Source of the DNA: Felis catus
Taxonomy: Eukaryota
DNA: 64,000 nucleotides
Direction: 5' to 3'
Assembly: GCF_018350175.1 (NCBI RefSeq)
Contig: NC_058368.1
Location: 58,220,001 to 58,284,000, forward strand
Below are positions 37,324-49,745 of the stretch, in pieces. The notes under the pieces were generated by a model. That model did no database searches. It saw nothing but the letters and a program-made list of their open reading frames with translations, and was not told the DNA's origin. The position numbers were made by a program, and so were the translations under genes. Numbering within the stretch: position 1 is the stretch's first letter; each line of letters begins with the position of its first letter.

Positions 37324-39184
37324 TCAAAATACAACAGCTAACACAAATTTATGGAATTATCAGCTCATGGATTTTAAAACCACTAGTCATTTCCATGATC
37401 ACTATGATTATGATGTTATGGCCTGTGATAATTCATTTATAAATATTGTACTCTAACAAAAGAGAAAGAAATAAATTTTTGAATTTATAAATAAATAATA
37501 TAATATTGATAATAAAATATATATATATATTTCTATATCTATAATTTGATTATCATTCAGAAAAATACCTTTCGCATATACTTCAATCTGTCGTGATGAT
37601 GGGAATTAATATTTGATAAGATCATTCTATTTATTTGTGAAAAAAAAGTATTAACTTTTAAAAGTTATTTTGCAATACACTTATGGCCCACTTGTGTGAG
37701 CTCATTATATTTTTCAGATAAGTATGGACTCATTGTGAAGTTGCAAGTTTTTCTAGACTGTGGTCTTCTTTCCTCTATTTAATGGCATGCTTGAGTGGCC
37801 AAACCAAGCTCTTTTGTAGCTGTTCCATACACACATTCTTCAATAGTTACCTCAATGATACTGAGAGAGACAGAGATAAAGAAGGAATGAGAAGAATATA
37901 TATTTTTAAAAGAAAGGAACAGAGCTACTGTATAAAGTAAAAATGACAAAAAATAAAAAATAATCACACGATACGCGAAATTTGGTCTTTCAGTAGATAT
38001 GTCCATGGCACTGACCAGAGAAATTGCATAGTAAAATAAACAAATAGGTGTTTATTTACATCATTCTGCACTTGGAAGATTTCGGTTCAGTTTACTTGTA
38101 GCTTCAGTTATTGTAACATACAATAAATTAAGTTGTTCACTAAATTTATTATGAATAATTACAGATTTAGGTTATATGCTCTAAAGCAAAATGCATGTGT
38201 CCCATCTTACTTTTAAATTACTATAGTTCTACACTACTTTTCTCCCTTATAGCTTTCATTCAATTCAAGACACACAATATTTTTATAAATTCATAAAAAC
38301 AACACAAAAGGAAAGTGTTTTTGAATATCTAAAACCCTTAAAATTAATTTGTATAGTTAATTGAGGTAAAAATCAACAATTCCCTCAATTTAGTTTAATA
38401 CTCTGAGTTCTATAAGGCACAATTAAATTTAAGTTCAAACCTGTTGTTCTTATGAAGATTACATTAGATAACTAACTTTATGTCCATGGATGCTATATTT
38501 CCAGTGTCTCATTTAGTGGATTATGTGATGCTTTGCCCCCTCTGATTGTTCTTAACTGTATTGTTTATCAACATAACTCTTTTTATGGAACAAAATATTT
38601 TAAAGTTCTTAATTTTGCTTTTTGTGCTAATTGTGATTGGTTTATGTAATGGAAATTAAATTATCTTAATAGGAGCACATTATTAGAGATGATTATGCAA
38701 TTTTCCAGAATTCAATGATTAAAAGCTATTCAATACCAAAAACATGTAGCTGAAAAACAAATGATGGAAACCCTAATACAATATTATCATACTTAAGGAT
38801 TTTTAATTTAATAATAATTCTATTATTTCTGGTAAAAGAGAGAGAGAATAGTATTAAATGTTTCATTTTGAAGAAGTAGATAGTTTTGGTTTGAATGGTT
38901 AAACTTGTATCTAAAATGAAACAATGATAAGAAAAGACATTTATTTTACTAAACTTGATACTCCATCACTTAAATAATTTAAACACCATGACATATCATA
39001 TGAGAAGTGATGTACACTGAAATTCCAATAACTATTAAAAATTAATATATTGAATTTCAAAGCAATTATAATATAAATTAAAATTGCAAAATTAGAATAG
39101 TTTATTATGCACTATAGTTATTTTACATAACCTTAAAAGCAATTATTTATTTTGAATCTTTCTGTTCTTAAGACATTTGATCTT

Positions 39185-39422
39185 TTTTTTTATTTTTTTA
39201 AATTTTTTTTTTTTTTTTCCAACGTTTATTTATTTTTGGGACAGAGAGAGACAGAGCATGAACGGGGGAGGGGCAGAGAGAGAGGGAGACACAGAATCGG
39301 AAACAGGCTCCAGGCTCTGAGCCGTCAGCCCAGAGCCTGACGCGGGGCTCGAACTCACGGACCGTGAGATCGTGACCTGGCTGAAGTCGGACGCTTAACC
39401 GACTGCGCCACCCAGGCGCCCC
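39185..39422 (-). mobile_element. Young felid CanSINE
   Basis: CpG-intact; perfect TSD aagacatttgatctt (39170-39184, 39423-39437). Confidence 0.98.
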
Positions 39423-41608
39423 AAGACATTTGATCTTGAACTGGGTGTTGACTTTACGAAATAGTGTAGGACTTCAGGATGCCACTGGATTGTGTTTAAA
39501 ATGATGTGATTGTGGGTCTTGCATAGATTGTTTGGACAGTAGAATATATAAAGTCATAAGCCAATGTGATGTAGAGTATATGATTCAGGAAAAGTCAGTT
39601 ATTATTCCCCAAATATGCTTATTAACTCCTTCAGGCCACTAAATTTTATTAAATAGATCTTATTGTGTACATACATAAAGTATTACAGCTAGAACAGAGT
39701 CATATGAAGTAAAGACAAGTCAAAGAACTACAGAAGATGGGTCAATTTAGATAAGGAGCCGGGGAACCTTTTGGAGTGAGGGTACTTGTAACATTTCAGC
39801 GTGGCCGTGACCAAAATCCAAAAGCAGGAGAAAATAATAAAAATAGCAAAGGAGTGAGTCTGAGGTAGCGGCACGAGCTATAGAAAAAGACCCAACAGGG
39901 ATCACTCTCTGCCACCTGTGAAGCTGCATACCAGTCTTCATTTTAGGCAACGTGGAGGAATTGAGATCAACCTGGCCTGCCTGGATCCCTCTCTCTAGGA
40001 GTTTAGATCCATAAATCCATATAGGAGTAAAGTGTGGATGTTATTCCTAGACCAGGTAGAATGAGGTATTCTAGGCGGTAGACCGTCATGGATGAGGCAG
40101 CACTAAAAGATGAGTAAGCTTTAAACTTGTACAGATGCTGTATAAGACTTAATACTCGGGTTTATGACTGAAAGCAAGTTGTGAGGATAAAAGAATATTT
40201 CTAGATCTAATAAGATCTGATTACCAATATCTTTTTGAACATCCGTTTAAATCTGTTAGGATTCTTCTCCTTCCCTATAACTATTTTCCTGTGAAATCTT
40301 TTATTGTATATAAAATTTTATTTCCTTCTAATATCTGCTTTTAGAACCACATCATAAATGTTTTTCTTTGAAATTTTTTATATTACTTGAATTACTCTTT
40401 TGGATATTTTTGTCCAAAAATTATGAATAGAATTTTCTTTATTTGAGATTTACTTTAATTTAATTCTCATTATCTGACCTATGGAGTAAAATCCAATAAT
40501 GAAAAGTAACATTCTTGACTGCCCCCCAGCCTATCCCAAACACTTTATTAAATTTTCACGATACCTATAATTAAATTCCGCAAAAAGGGAAGACAGGTAT
40601 GAATTTTTAACATCATTCAAAAGATGAGATCAGTAAGCTTCAAAAAGTTTAAGTATTTTCCTAAATGTTTGAGCCAAACAGGTGTCCCTAATGCCAAAGC
40701 CCATGCATGCCTCCAGTAGATTCAGAAAAACTGCAGAGACTATGGCTTTATTTCCTGGCCTTTTCAAAGTATGTCTGTTTGACAGCATTTTAAAGCTGAA
40801 GGTACTTACAGTATAAATTGGATAAGTAGAGGAAGGAGTGAATCTATTTTTATCTATCACTCTATGAACATCAGAAGATAATTCTGCTAGGATATTGCTT
40901 CTGAAGATAAACAATGAGCTAAATTATTTGAATAAACACTTTGCTCTGGAGAGGTCAAAATACTGAAACTGATTACCCAGCAGGCTATCTTTCTTTTTCT
41001 TTTTTCTTTCCGAAAGCATTTTGTCTTGTAATATTTGTCCTTCAGGAAACTATGTGTTTAATATTTAGTCTATTTAATATTTTAACTCTGAGCTATTGTT
41101 CACTGAGGCAGAAATTTGGATATTGAAGTCATGCAGCTAAATCCTATTAGAAGGCTAAAGAATCTACTTAAAATTTCAGAATGTTGATCTGGGCCATTTG
41201 CAGTGAATTGCAATGAAGCAGAAAATGCATTTTAGAGTTTGCTGAATTAAAGATAATGGAACTATTTTGCTCAAGAATAAAGAGATAATTTAAATATAAT
41301 TTTTGTTTCATATTCAATCTCATTATATGTTTTAAAGTGACTTGTATTATATAATGCTTATCTCTGAAGTTTTAATATGGCTATGACATTTTATTAGTTT
41401 CAAATGCCTATTCCCCAGATTTATTGTTACACGGTCCCCATTCCCCAACCACTGTTTCTGTGGAACTGCATTTCTTTTTTGTTGTTGTTTTTCTGACTTC
41501 TGCCTGGAAGACAGTTCTTGACCTCTCACTGATCTGTCAGTGCTTTGCTGCGACAGCTGTCACATATTCACAGCTCTCTTTTGAATGCTTTGTTTGTACA
41601 GTATCTTT

Positions 41609-41743
41609 TTTTTCTGCTTTTCTTTCTTTTTTTTTTTTTTATTTGAATTCCAGTTAGTTAACATAGAGTGCAGTATCGGTTTCAGGAGTAGAATTTCGTG
41701 ACTCATCACACCCAGTGCTCATCCAAATGAGTGCCCTCCTTAA
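41609..41743 (-). mobile_element. Severely 5'-truncated carnivore L1 (3' tip)
   Basis: Poly-T, then ccagttagttaacatagagtg...gtttcaggagtagaa; TSD tgtaca(g/a)tatcttt. Confidence 0.85.
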
Positions 41744-42327
41744 TGTACAATATCTTTATTTTTACTTCACCATTTTCCACATATTTGATGCCACTATATC
41801 AGCTTAATGTATTGGTCATGTGAATTAATTAGCTCTCCTACACATATGTGAAAAGGAGAAGTGAAAGAAAAAGGCAAGATAACCGAACCATGAGAGAAGT
41901 TTGGAGATTATTGCTTGTAGATTTTCAAGGTAAAAATTGGGCATTTTCTCAGTGCTGAGTTGATGGGAATTTTGTATACTAATTGTAGCTTTATTTAGCT
42001 TTGCCATGTATCCAATCGCATGCATAGTACAAAAGTGTACATCTGCTTTTGAAGAATTTATAAACAATAATAAGAACATAATCCCATAAAGATTTGTTTT
42101 TATTTTATATACAAGAAACCTGAGAAGAGTCCAAAATGTATTTTAAGACATTTTCTGAAATGTGCATTTAAAGTTTTGTCTTGCAGTTTTAATGTTATCT
42201 AGTCAATCAGTAATTTTTTATGGAGCTTCCATAATGATAAATTAAATGGACAGCCCACAGTTAATCTCTGCTGCTGTGGTTTATCTGGCACTGGGCGTAT
42301 CTCACATCCCCATAAGGTAAATTAATC

Positions 42328-42452
42328 TTCATTTATTCAAATGTATTTTTAATGTGTGTTGTGTGTGTGTGTGTGTGTGTGCTAAATGCAGTGTCATAAA
42401 GGTTAACAAAAAAGAATATCTGGACCTCAAGGAGCCTAGGATTTAGTGGGAC
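42328..42452 (-). mobile_element. L2 3' end relic containing a (TG)n
   Basis: ttcatttattcaaatgtattt...cctcaaggagcctaggatttagtggg. Confidence 0.55.
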
Positions 42453-43062
42453 GTTTTCATAGATTTTACTCAATGTATTTTGTTCTACATTTTTCTATAG
42501 TGTTTCTCAACAATACCCATCTATTTACTATAGTCTGTGTTTCTGTATTGTAACCTTTACCTTTCCAGACTATTTTCTCTCTTTTATCATGTGAACTGAA
42601 ACTGTGTACTCCATTCAGCCTATATCTACATTAACATGGTTTACTCTAGCAGGCTTTACAAATACCATTCTACTTTCTTCATCAATGTGATTTATGACTG
42701 TTCTATTCCAGGAAACTCTTGCCCAGGTACATAAGTGTTGCTCATTTTATTGCTCATCTCAGGAACTTCCCCAAACTCTATTTTAATAAACATCAAAATG
42801 TTCAACTTTTCCATATATAACATAACATCATTAAGTGTAAGATTGTTCAAATATTATCAAGTTGCTTAAGTATTATTTTTGGAAAGCCAGTTTTTAACAT
42901 CTTGTAAGCCCATAGAGAATCAGTCAAGCTCTCTTTATCACTATGGCCCAAAATCTTTAATACAAAAACAGCACTTTCTTTTGTAAGCCCATGGGCATCT
43001 GGCTTGAGTATCTTTCAGAATATTATAAGTCTAATTAATTTTGTTGTGTCCAAGTTTTTATA

Positions 43063-43101
43063 TATGTATGTATGCATGTATGTATGTATGTATGTATGTA
43101 T
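43063..43101. repeat. (TATG)n microsatellite
   Basis: Direct inspection. Confidence 0.9.
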
Positions 43102-43806
43102 CAAGTCTCCTTAAATACTAAGTTAATTTTGTGTTTTTGAATTCAAAAATAAAAAATCCTCTATTAAAAAAAAGGTTGAGTAAAAAAAAAACACCATTTA
43201 CAAAGAAAGATTCTTTAATCATCAAATCAGATATGAAAACTACTTTTTTGTCAAGGACGCTATTGTTTGTTTTTCTCTGTCCTTGTCTTTTTTTATTGAA
43301 GTCTATAAGAATAAAGCACATTGGGGAGAAGACAGAAATAGACTCCAACAAGCCCACTCTTCAAACCTGGTGACTGAAAAAGTCCAAGTTTTGTTGTTGT
43401 TTTTTTTATACCAGCATTCCTCAGTCAGAATTTACCTAAGGTCACTTAGCAAAATTTATAAAGACTTCCTGTAAACTTGTTTTGTTTTGTCTGTGAACGT
43501 ATTAATCTGAGAGAGATCTCTTTAACAATACTTTCTTTCTGAAAGAAAATGAATATTAATTGGGTGAAAAGGCCAATTAATGAAAATGAAATAAAAGTGA
43601 AAATGGCCCAGCCATTAGGTCAAGAGACTCAAGACACAAAGTCATAAGCAACTTGTTTAGTGACTGTTTAAATGTGTCTGTTTCAGTCCAGGTTTTAGTC
43701 TATACTCCTTTCAGAACCAACTACTAATATACTATAACCCGTATTTCTATACTTACTTTTTAAATGTTTTAATTTCACCATTGATAATTTAAAATTACAG
43801 AAGCCA

Positions 43807-43948
43807 GGGGCGCCAAGGTGACTCAGTCAAATGTCAGCTCTTGATTTTGACTTAGGTCATGATCTCACAGTTTGTGAGTTCAAGCCCCACATCAGGCTCT
43901 GTGCTTGAGACTCTCTCTCCCTCTCTCTCTGTCTGTCCCTGCTTGCAT

Positions 43949-43980
<32 letters not shown>

Positions 43981-44008
43981 AAAAATAAATATTTAAAAAA
44001 ATAAAATA
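43807..44008 (+). mobile_element. CanSINE
   Basis: Head, (CT)n and A-tail; degenerate TSD taaaattacagaagcca / taaaattatagtggcca. Confidence 0.92.
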
Positions 44009-44169
44009 AAATTATAGTGGCCAATTTGGGAAATTTGATGGATACAAACTATTTCTTAACAGGTAATTTAGAACTTAGGGAGCAAAATTTTCAAATATTA
44101 AATGCAAATGTTTAGTTTATTTCATATGACCATTTAATATGGTTTGCATTATTTGAAGTAAAACTGTAA

Positions 44170-44985
44170 AATATAATATTTTTTTAGATTCAGAGAGTTA
44201 TAAAATGGTCATCACAAAATAAGTCTAGAATATTTTTATAACCCCCCAAAACCCCATATATAGTAGCTGACCCTGTTCCCCCACAAAAAAACAGACTCCC
44301 CTAGACCTTAGGCAAATACTAATCTACTTCTATCTCAATAGAGTTGCCTATTTTGGATACTTAATAAAAATGAAATCATATAGTGTGCAGTATCTTGTTA
44401 CTATTTGCTTTTTGTGTAGCATGTGTTCTAGATTTACCTGTGTTGTAACATGTACTTCATTTCTTTGCACTGAATAATATTTCAAAGTATGGGTAACCAT
44501 TAATCAGCTCATGGACATTTGTGTTGTTTTCACTTTTGGGTTATTAGTAAAATTTTGCTATGAATATTTGTGTATAATTGTACAGATATATGTTACATAT
44601 GTTTTGATTTCTTGGGCTTATACTTAGGTGTGGATTTTGTGGGTCTTATGGTAACTCTACCATCTTTAGAAATAAAAACCTATTTCCCAAAGTGTTTAAA
44701 GCCTTTTACATTCCCGAAGTAGTGCATGAGCATTCCAATTTCTCTACACCCTCAATAAGATTTATTGTGGTCTGCCTTTTTGATTATATCCATTCAAATC
44801 TGTGTAAAATTTTATTTCATTGTGGTACAATTTGCATTCCCTTAATGATTAATGATGATGAGCACTTTTTTCATGTCTTTGCCCTTTGTACATCTTTTTA
44901 GGGAAAATACCTATTCAAGTTATTTGCCCATTTTTCTAATGAGGTTATAGGTATTGTGTTACTGAATAGGAAGAGTTCTTTATTT
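44170..44985 (-). mobile_element. Old L1 (L1MB/MC-like) 3' fragment
   Basis: ctaatctacttctatctc, catggacatttgtgttgttttcac, tttgcattcccttaatgattaatgatgatgagcac. Confidence 0.8.
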
Positions 44986-45007
44986 GTGACCCCTTAATAA
45001 AGCCAGT

Positions 45008-45109
45008 TTATTTTTTTTTAAATAAACTCTACCTGCAACGTGGGGCTGGAACTCAGGGCCCCAAGACCAAGAGTCACATGCCCTACTGACTGAGGCAGCC
45101 AGGCAACAC
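45008..45109 (-). mobile_element. Short old tRNA-derived carnivore SINE lacking the CT tract
   Basis: T tail, aacgtggggctggaactca, aagagtcacatgccctactgactgaggcagccaggc. Confidence 0.8.
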
Positions 45110-45821
45110 ATAGAAAGTCATTTTAGAATCTGCATTTCTTCATTATAGTTTTATATACTCAAACCTATGACTACATATATTTCAGTTGCAGATCTGCTCT
45201 CTGTAGTGTCCCTTTGGATCAAAATAGCCATATTCACTTGCTCTTTCCTGGAGAAATCTTCAATTTATATAGGCTTTTATGGCACAGGTAGTCTTTTGAG
45301 ATTCCTACTTATTTTTGCAAGTTTTCAACTGTAGCTTCAAGGACCTTAAATTTCCATGACTCTCCTCTTATCCAGAAGAACAGTAATCTTCCTTATATTC
45401 TAATGATGAGGTGAGGTCTAATGATGAGATCTATTTACTTATTGTTTTATCTCTATTGGGCATATTGTTTTCAAAAGAAAACTGTAATTTTGTCAAAGTA
45501 AAGTGGTTACCTAGGATGAGATTTATCCTAGGAAGTTAAACCCTCCTTCTAAAAGGCAATAAGCTGTTTGAACATTTCTAAGCCTGTAATATGAGATAAT
45601 TAAAAGAATTCATGTATCTTAATGACTGTTGCTGACAATGAATCCCAAATGGTCTTAAATTACCGCACCCTGATGTATGAATAAACCATGCTCCCAGCAA
45701 CTGCACCTTGAGAGAACACTGACAGAAATAGCCCTTTAAGGGTTAAAAGCAGCTTTCTGTTCACTTTCCCCTTTCCTCATCATGAACATTATGTAATAGC
45801 ATAAGGAATCTATTCACTTTT

Positions 45822-46048
45822 GGGGCACCTTGGTGGCTCAGTTGATTAAGCGTTCGATTTCGGCCTAGGTCATGATCTTGCCATTCTTGAGTTCAAGCTC
45901 CGAGTCGGGTTCTGTGCTGATAGCCTGGAGCCTGGAGCCTGGTTTCAGATTCTGTGTCTTCTTCTCTCTCTCTGCCCTTCCCCCACTCACGCTCTGTCTC
46001 TCTCTCTCAAAAATAAATAAGTATTGAAAAAGTATTTAAAAAAATAAA
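45822..46048 (+). mobile_element. CanSINE
   Basis: Full element; TSD core tat(t/c)cactt. Confidence 0.95.
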
Positions 46049-48054
46049 TATATCCACTTGATCCCAGATTTCACCGTATCCATTCTGCCTATCAAATTTA
46101 TGTACAACTGTTAGTCATTTTAGTCCTTCTCAGTATCCTGACCTTACTTGCTCCTCTTTTCATTGCCCTCTATGGTAAAAATCCAAACATGGGGTAAGCA
46201 CACTCTTCTCTTTTTCCCTGCTTGCAACTTAATAGCTGAATTTTGTTGGACTAAATCATGATGTTTGACAAACAGGCACTACTATTACCAACACCATCAC
46301 TAACACCAAAATGATAAAAGGGAAATCTATACTAATGGCTTTCATGAATTTTTACTTTCATGCTCCACAATAGAATCATGAATAAGCATAAAAACCCTCA
46401 CACATCTTTAAGTGAATTACTAACATTTTTCCTACATTTATAAATTATGAAGATGTAATATCTGGCATATTGTATAGTAAATGATGTATTAAATAAAATT
46501 TTATTAATACTTTAGTGTTGCCGATTTATCTTGTTCAATGTTCAGAAAATGTCTAACATAAGAACTAATTGGCAAGGCCAGCTTCCATAATCAAACAAAT
46601 TAGCTAAATCAGACTTCCTTTCTGTCAGAAAACATCTTACTTAATTTTTCAGTTCAAATAGAAATGTTAATACATGCTTGAGTGATAAGCATGTTAACTT
46701 CTGAATTCTGATTATAATATAGCTATCTATTATCTAAAGCATGGAGTCTTGCCATGATGTTGCCATTTTTTATGAAATCAATTAGTATCCCTCTCAATAT
46801 TTCTCCCTTTGTTCTAATTGGAAAATTATTTGGAAGCACATTGCTTCTTTGTGTCCTAGAAGGGTCCAGAAATGAATCATGTTAAGTTTGAGAATGGGTA
46901 TGTGGTATTTCCTATTTATTTTTCTTTCATATTGTTTTTTGTAGAAAGAGAAGTGTCATTGTGAATGAAGACTTAGGAAAGCAGAATTGATAAAGGCAAC
47001 ACTTCAGGCAGATCCCTTTTAGGAAAGAGTGTTGGGATTCTGGAAATTGATTCACTTGAAATTATCTCTGCTAACCTATTGCCTTAAAAATCTTGGATTT
47101 ATCTTGATATCTAGGCCTTAAGATCACAGCATTCCTACTACATTCCTTTGTTAATAGATATGTGGATCCATCAACAATGATTATTTTTGAGCCTCTACTA
47201 TCCTCAACCCTCTATCACCACTGGTGACTCTTTTCTATGTAAATTTCATGTTAATTTATTTTTGTTACATATTTTAAAAATATAACAATAAGTTCAATGG
47301 AATATTTTTTTGTATAGGAACTATTAGCTTTTAAAATTATCTTTAAATATCTCTTATCTTACTGGTCATACATTATTTTATAATTCAATATCCAGGATAA
47401 ATATTCAATAGTTTTAAAGTTTGAAGAATTACATATATTCTTTTTTCTATTAAAATTTTTTTTTTACATTCCATTTTACACTTTCCAAAGGGCTAGAAGA
47501 ACAGCCCCTCTCTCAGGAAGTTATACCAAGAAATGTTTGCTTTACATTATTTTACAAAAGAAAAAAGATTGAGATACAAGATGCTAAGTGAGATATTGGA
47601 CCGTATTTTGAGTAAAGGTGAAACTAAATCCACATATATCAGACTCCTTCTCCACCTAGTACAGCACATCCAAGTCTTTCATTATATAATAAAAGAGGAA
47701 TTTTCATAGTACATCTTCTAAAGTTAATTAATGCCATTGGAGGATGGATGGGATTTATTAGCCAGAACTGAAATTTTATGACCTACTGAATTGAACTGAG
47801 GGATTAGAAAAATCCCAACACTATTAAAACACAAAATATTTAGTAGAACACATAAAGAAAAAAAATTCTGAGAGAAGTTTATATAAGCAAAAGAACAAAT
47901 GTAGTACTCTAGCAATCGGTTATAGGTTTACCAATAACTAAGAAAATAAAGATTTCAGTAAAGCCAAGCTAGGAATGATCTTAATTTCTTCAAGAGAAAT
48001 ATTTAATAAAATGATTTTGTGCATTTTTATTGCTAACTTGCAAAATTATTAATG

Positions 48055-48525
48055 GGGAATGGGTTAAGATATGATATCAGCTGAGTGTGATAGAGACCCA
48101 AATAAGAGTGGTTTTAAAAAATCAGAAATGATTCATCTGCCATGTGAAATTTTGAACTAGTAAGGCAGTCAGCTTCATGAAGTCATCTGGAGTCCAGCTC
48201 CCTTTTTATTGTAACCTCACAATCTTGATGGAATGTCTCTCATTCCCACAGTATAAGATAGCTGACCACCTGGTGCTTACAGCAGCCAGTGGGAGGCAAA
48301 AGAGGAAATAAAAGGCAGAATTCTACCTAGTAAGGAAACAACCAGGAAATTACACACATTAATCCCATTTATATCCCTTGCCAGAATATAGTCACACCTT
48401 GCCGCAATACAAACAGAAAGACCTGAGGCATATGATCTGTATTCTGGATAGGTTATGTGCCCATATAAATTCAGTACTATGGAAAAGGGGGAAAACAGAT
48501 TTTTAGGTACAAGCAGATTCTACTA
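48055..48525 (-). mobile_element. MLT1J/K-like MaLR LTR
   Basis: agagacccaaataagagtggtttta, aagatagctg, gccagaatatagtcaca, ttatgtgccca motifs. Confidence 0.65.
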
Positions 48526-49049
48526 TTTGGAGTGTTTGATATTAAAGCAAGTTGACAAACATACCAAATCAGAAAAATTATTGTGTGTTAAATATTTTTA
48601 AGTATCTGATATGTTTATTTATGTACTTTTGTATGTCTAAAGGATCAGTGCCCTTTAATAAAGTTTTCTGAACATATATTCCAAATATTCAGAAGCAAGG
48701 ATGTTTTAAAATTATTGAAAAAACTCTTGTGGGTATTGTTTCGTCCTCTTTATAAGTAAAATTCTAATTAACAATGTAAGGCCTCTAGTGTATGCCAGAA
48801 GAGAAATAACAAGAGCATTTTAAGAGAATTTCTGTATTGATATCAAAGGATTATATAAATGATCATAAAGCCTTGAGAAGAAAATTTAGATACAGAGTTA
48901 GGACTTGCAACATCACATAAGAAATCTAAAAAATGAAATTAGTGTATTATTTGATTTTTATTGAATAAATCATTAAATGCATATTTATACTCATATTTTC
49001 TATTAATAAATTGTATACAGCATCAAAATATTCAATGTTTTTTCACCAT

Positions 49050-49580
49050 TATATACCAATTGAGTGCCTACAATATGCCAACTATATGAATAGGCAAAAA
49101 TTATTACCTTCATAAAGGTCTGATTCTGTTGAGCGGTTCTTCAATGTAATTATACATTAATCATGTCAATCAATGCATAACTGCAATTTAAATTTGCACT
49201 ATTAAGATAAGGAAACTATTCATGTAAATTCATAGAAATAAACCCTAATTAGAATGAGGATCAGAGCATTTCTTGAAAGGCTATTGTTTGGAAGTGATTT
49301 TTAATCCTGGATTGGAAAGACAGGGCAGTAGAAATAATTAATTTAAAGAGGCTTTGAGAAGAATGCAATGGAAAGAAGGAAGAGCGTGTTCACCTCCTCA
49401 AGGTGGGAGGGAATACGAGAGATTGGAGAAACTAAATGACCAACCAAGTTCGATTACTAAGAGGGTGCCATGTGAGATGAAGATAAGGAGGTTGGGGGAT
49501 AGAAACAAGATCACTCTAGGCTCCGAAGTCATGTTCGTATGTTTTGTTTTCATTTTAAGAAAAAGCATGATTTAATCTGA
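49050..49580 (-). mobile_element. L2 3' relic
   Basis: attgagtgcctacaatatgcca followed by purine-rich L2-antisense pattern. Confidence 0.5.
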
Positions 49581-49589
49581 AAGGTAACA

Positions 49590-49745
49590 CATAAAACCAT
49601 GGATTCTAGAATCCTAGCTCTGTTACTTCATGTGACCTTCATAACTTCCTTGTGATACATTTTTCCTTTTTAGTAAACAAGAATAAAATATTACCCAGTT
49701 CACAGATTTTCATGGTTGTATGCAGAAGTATAATATTTAATTGGG
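49590..49745 (+). mobile_element. MIR relic
   Basis: gaatcctagctctgttactt...tgtgacctt...acttccttgtg. Confidence 0.55.

Noticed and set aside
42187..42316. Candidate exon ttgcAG...AAG|GTAAAT
   Set aside because: Stops in all three frames from that acceptor; the inner acceptor lacks a pyrimidine tract.
42902..42992. Short direct repeats (ttgtaagcccat twice; similar ones near 19224, 23050 and 45400)
   Set aside because: Too short and AT-rich to exceed chance or ordinary slippage.
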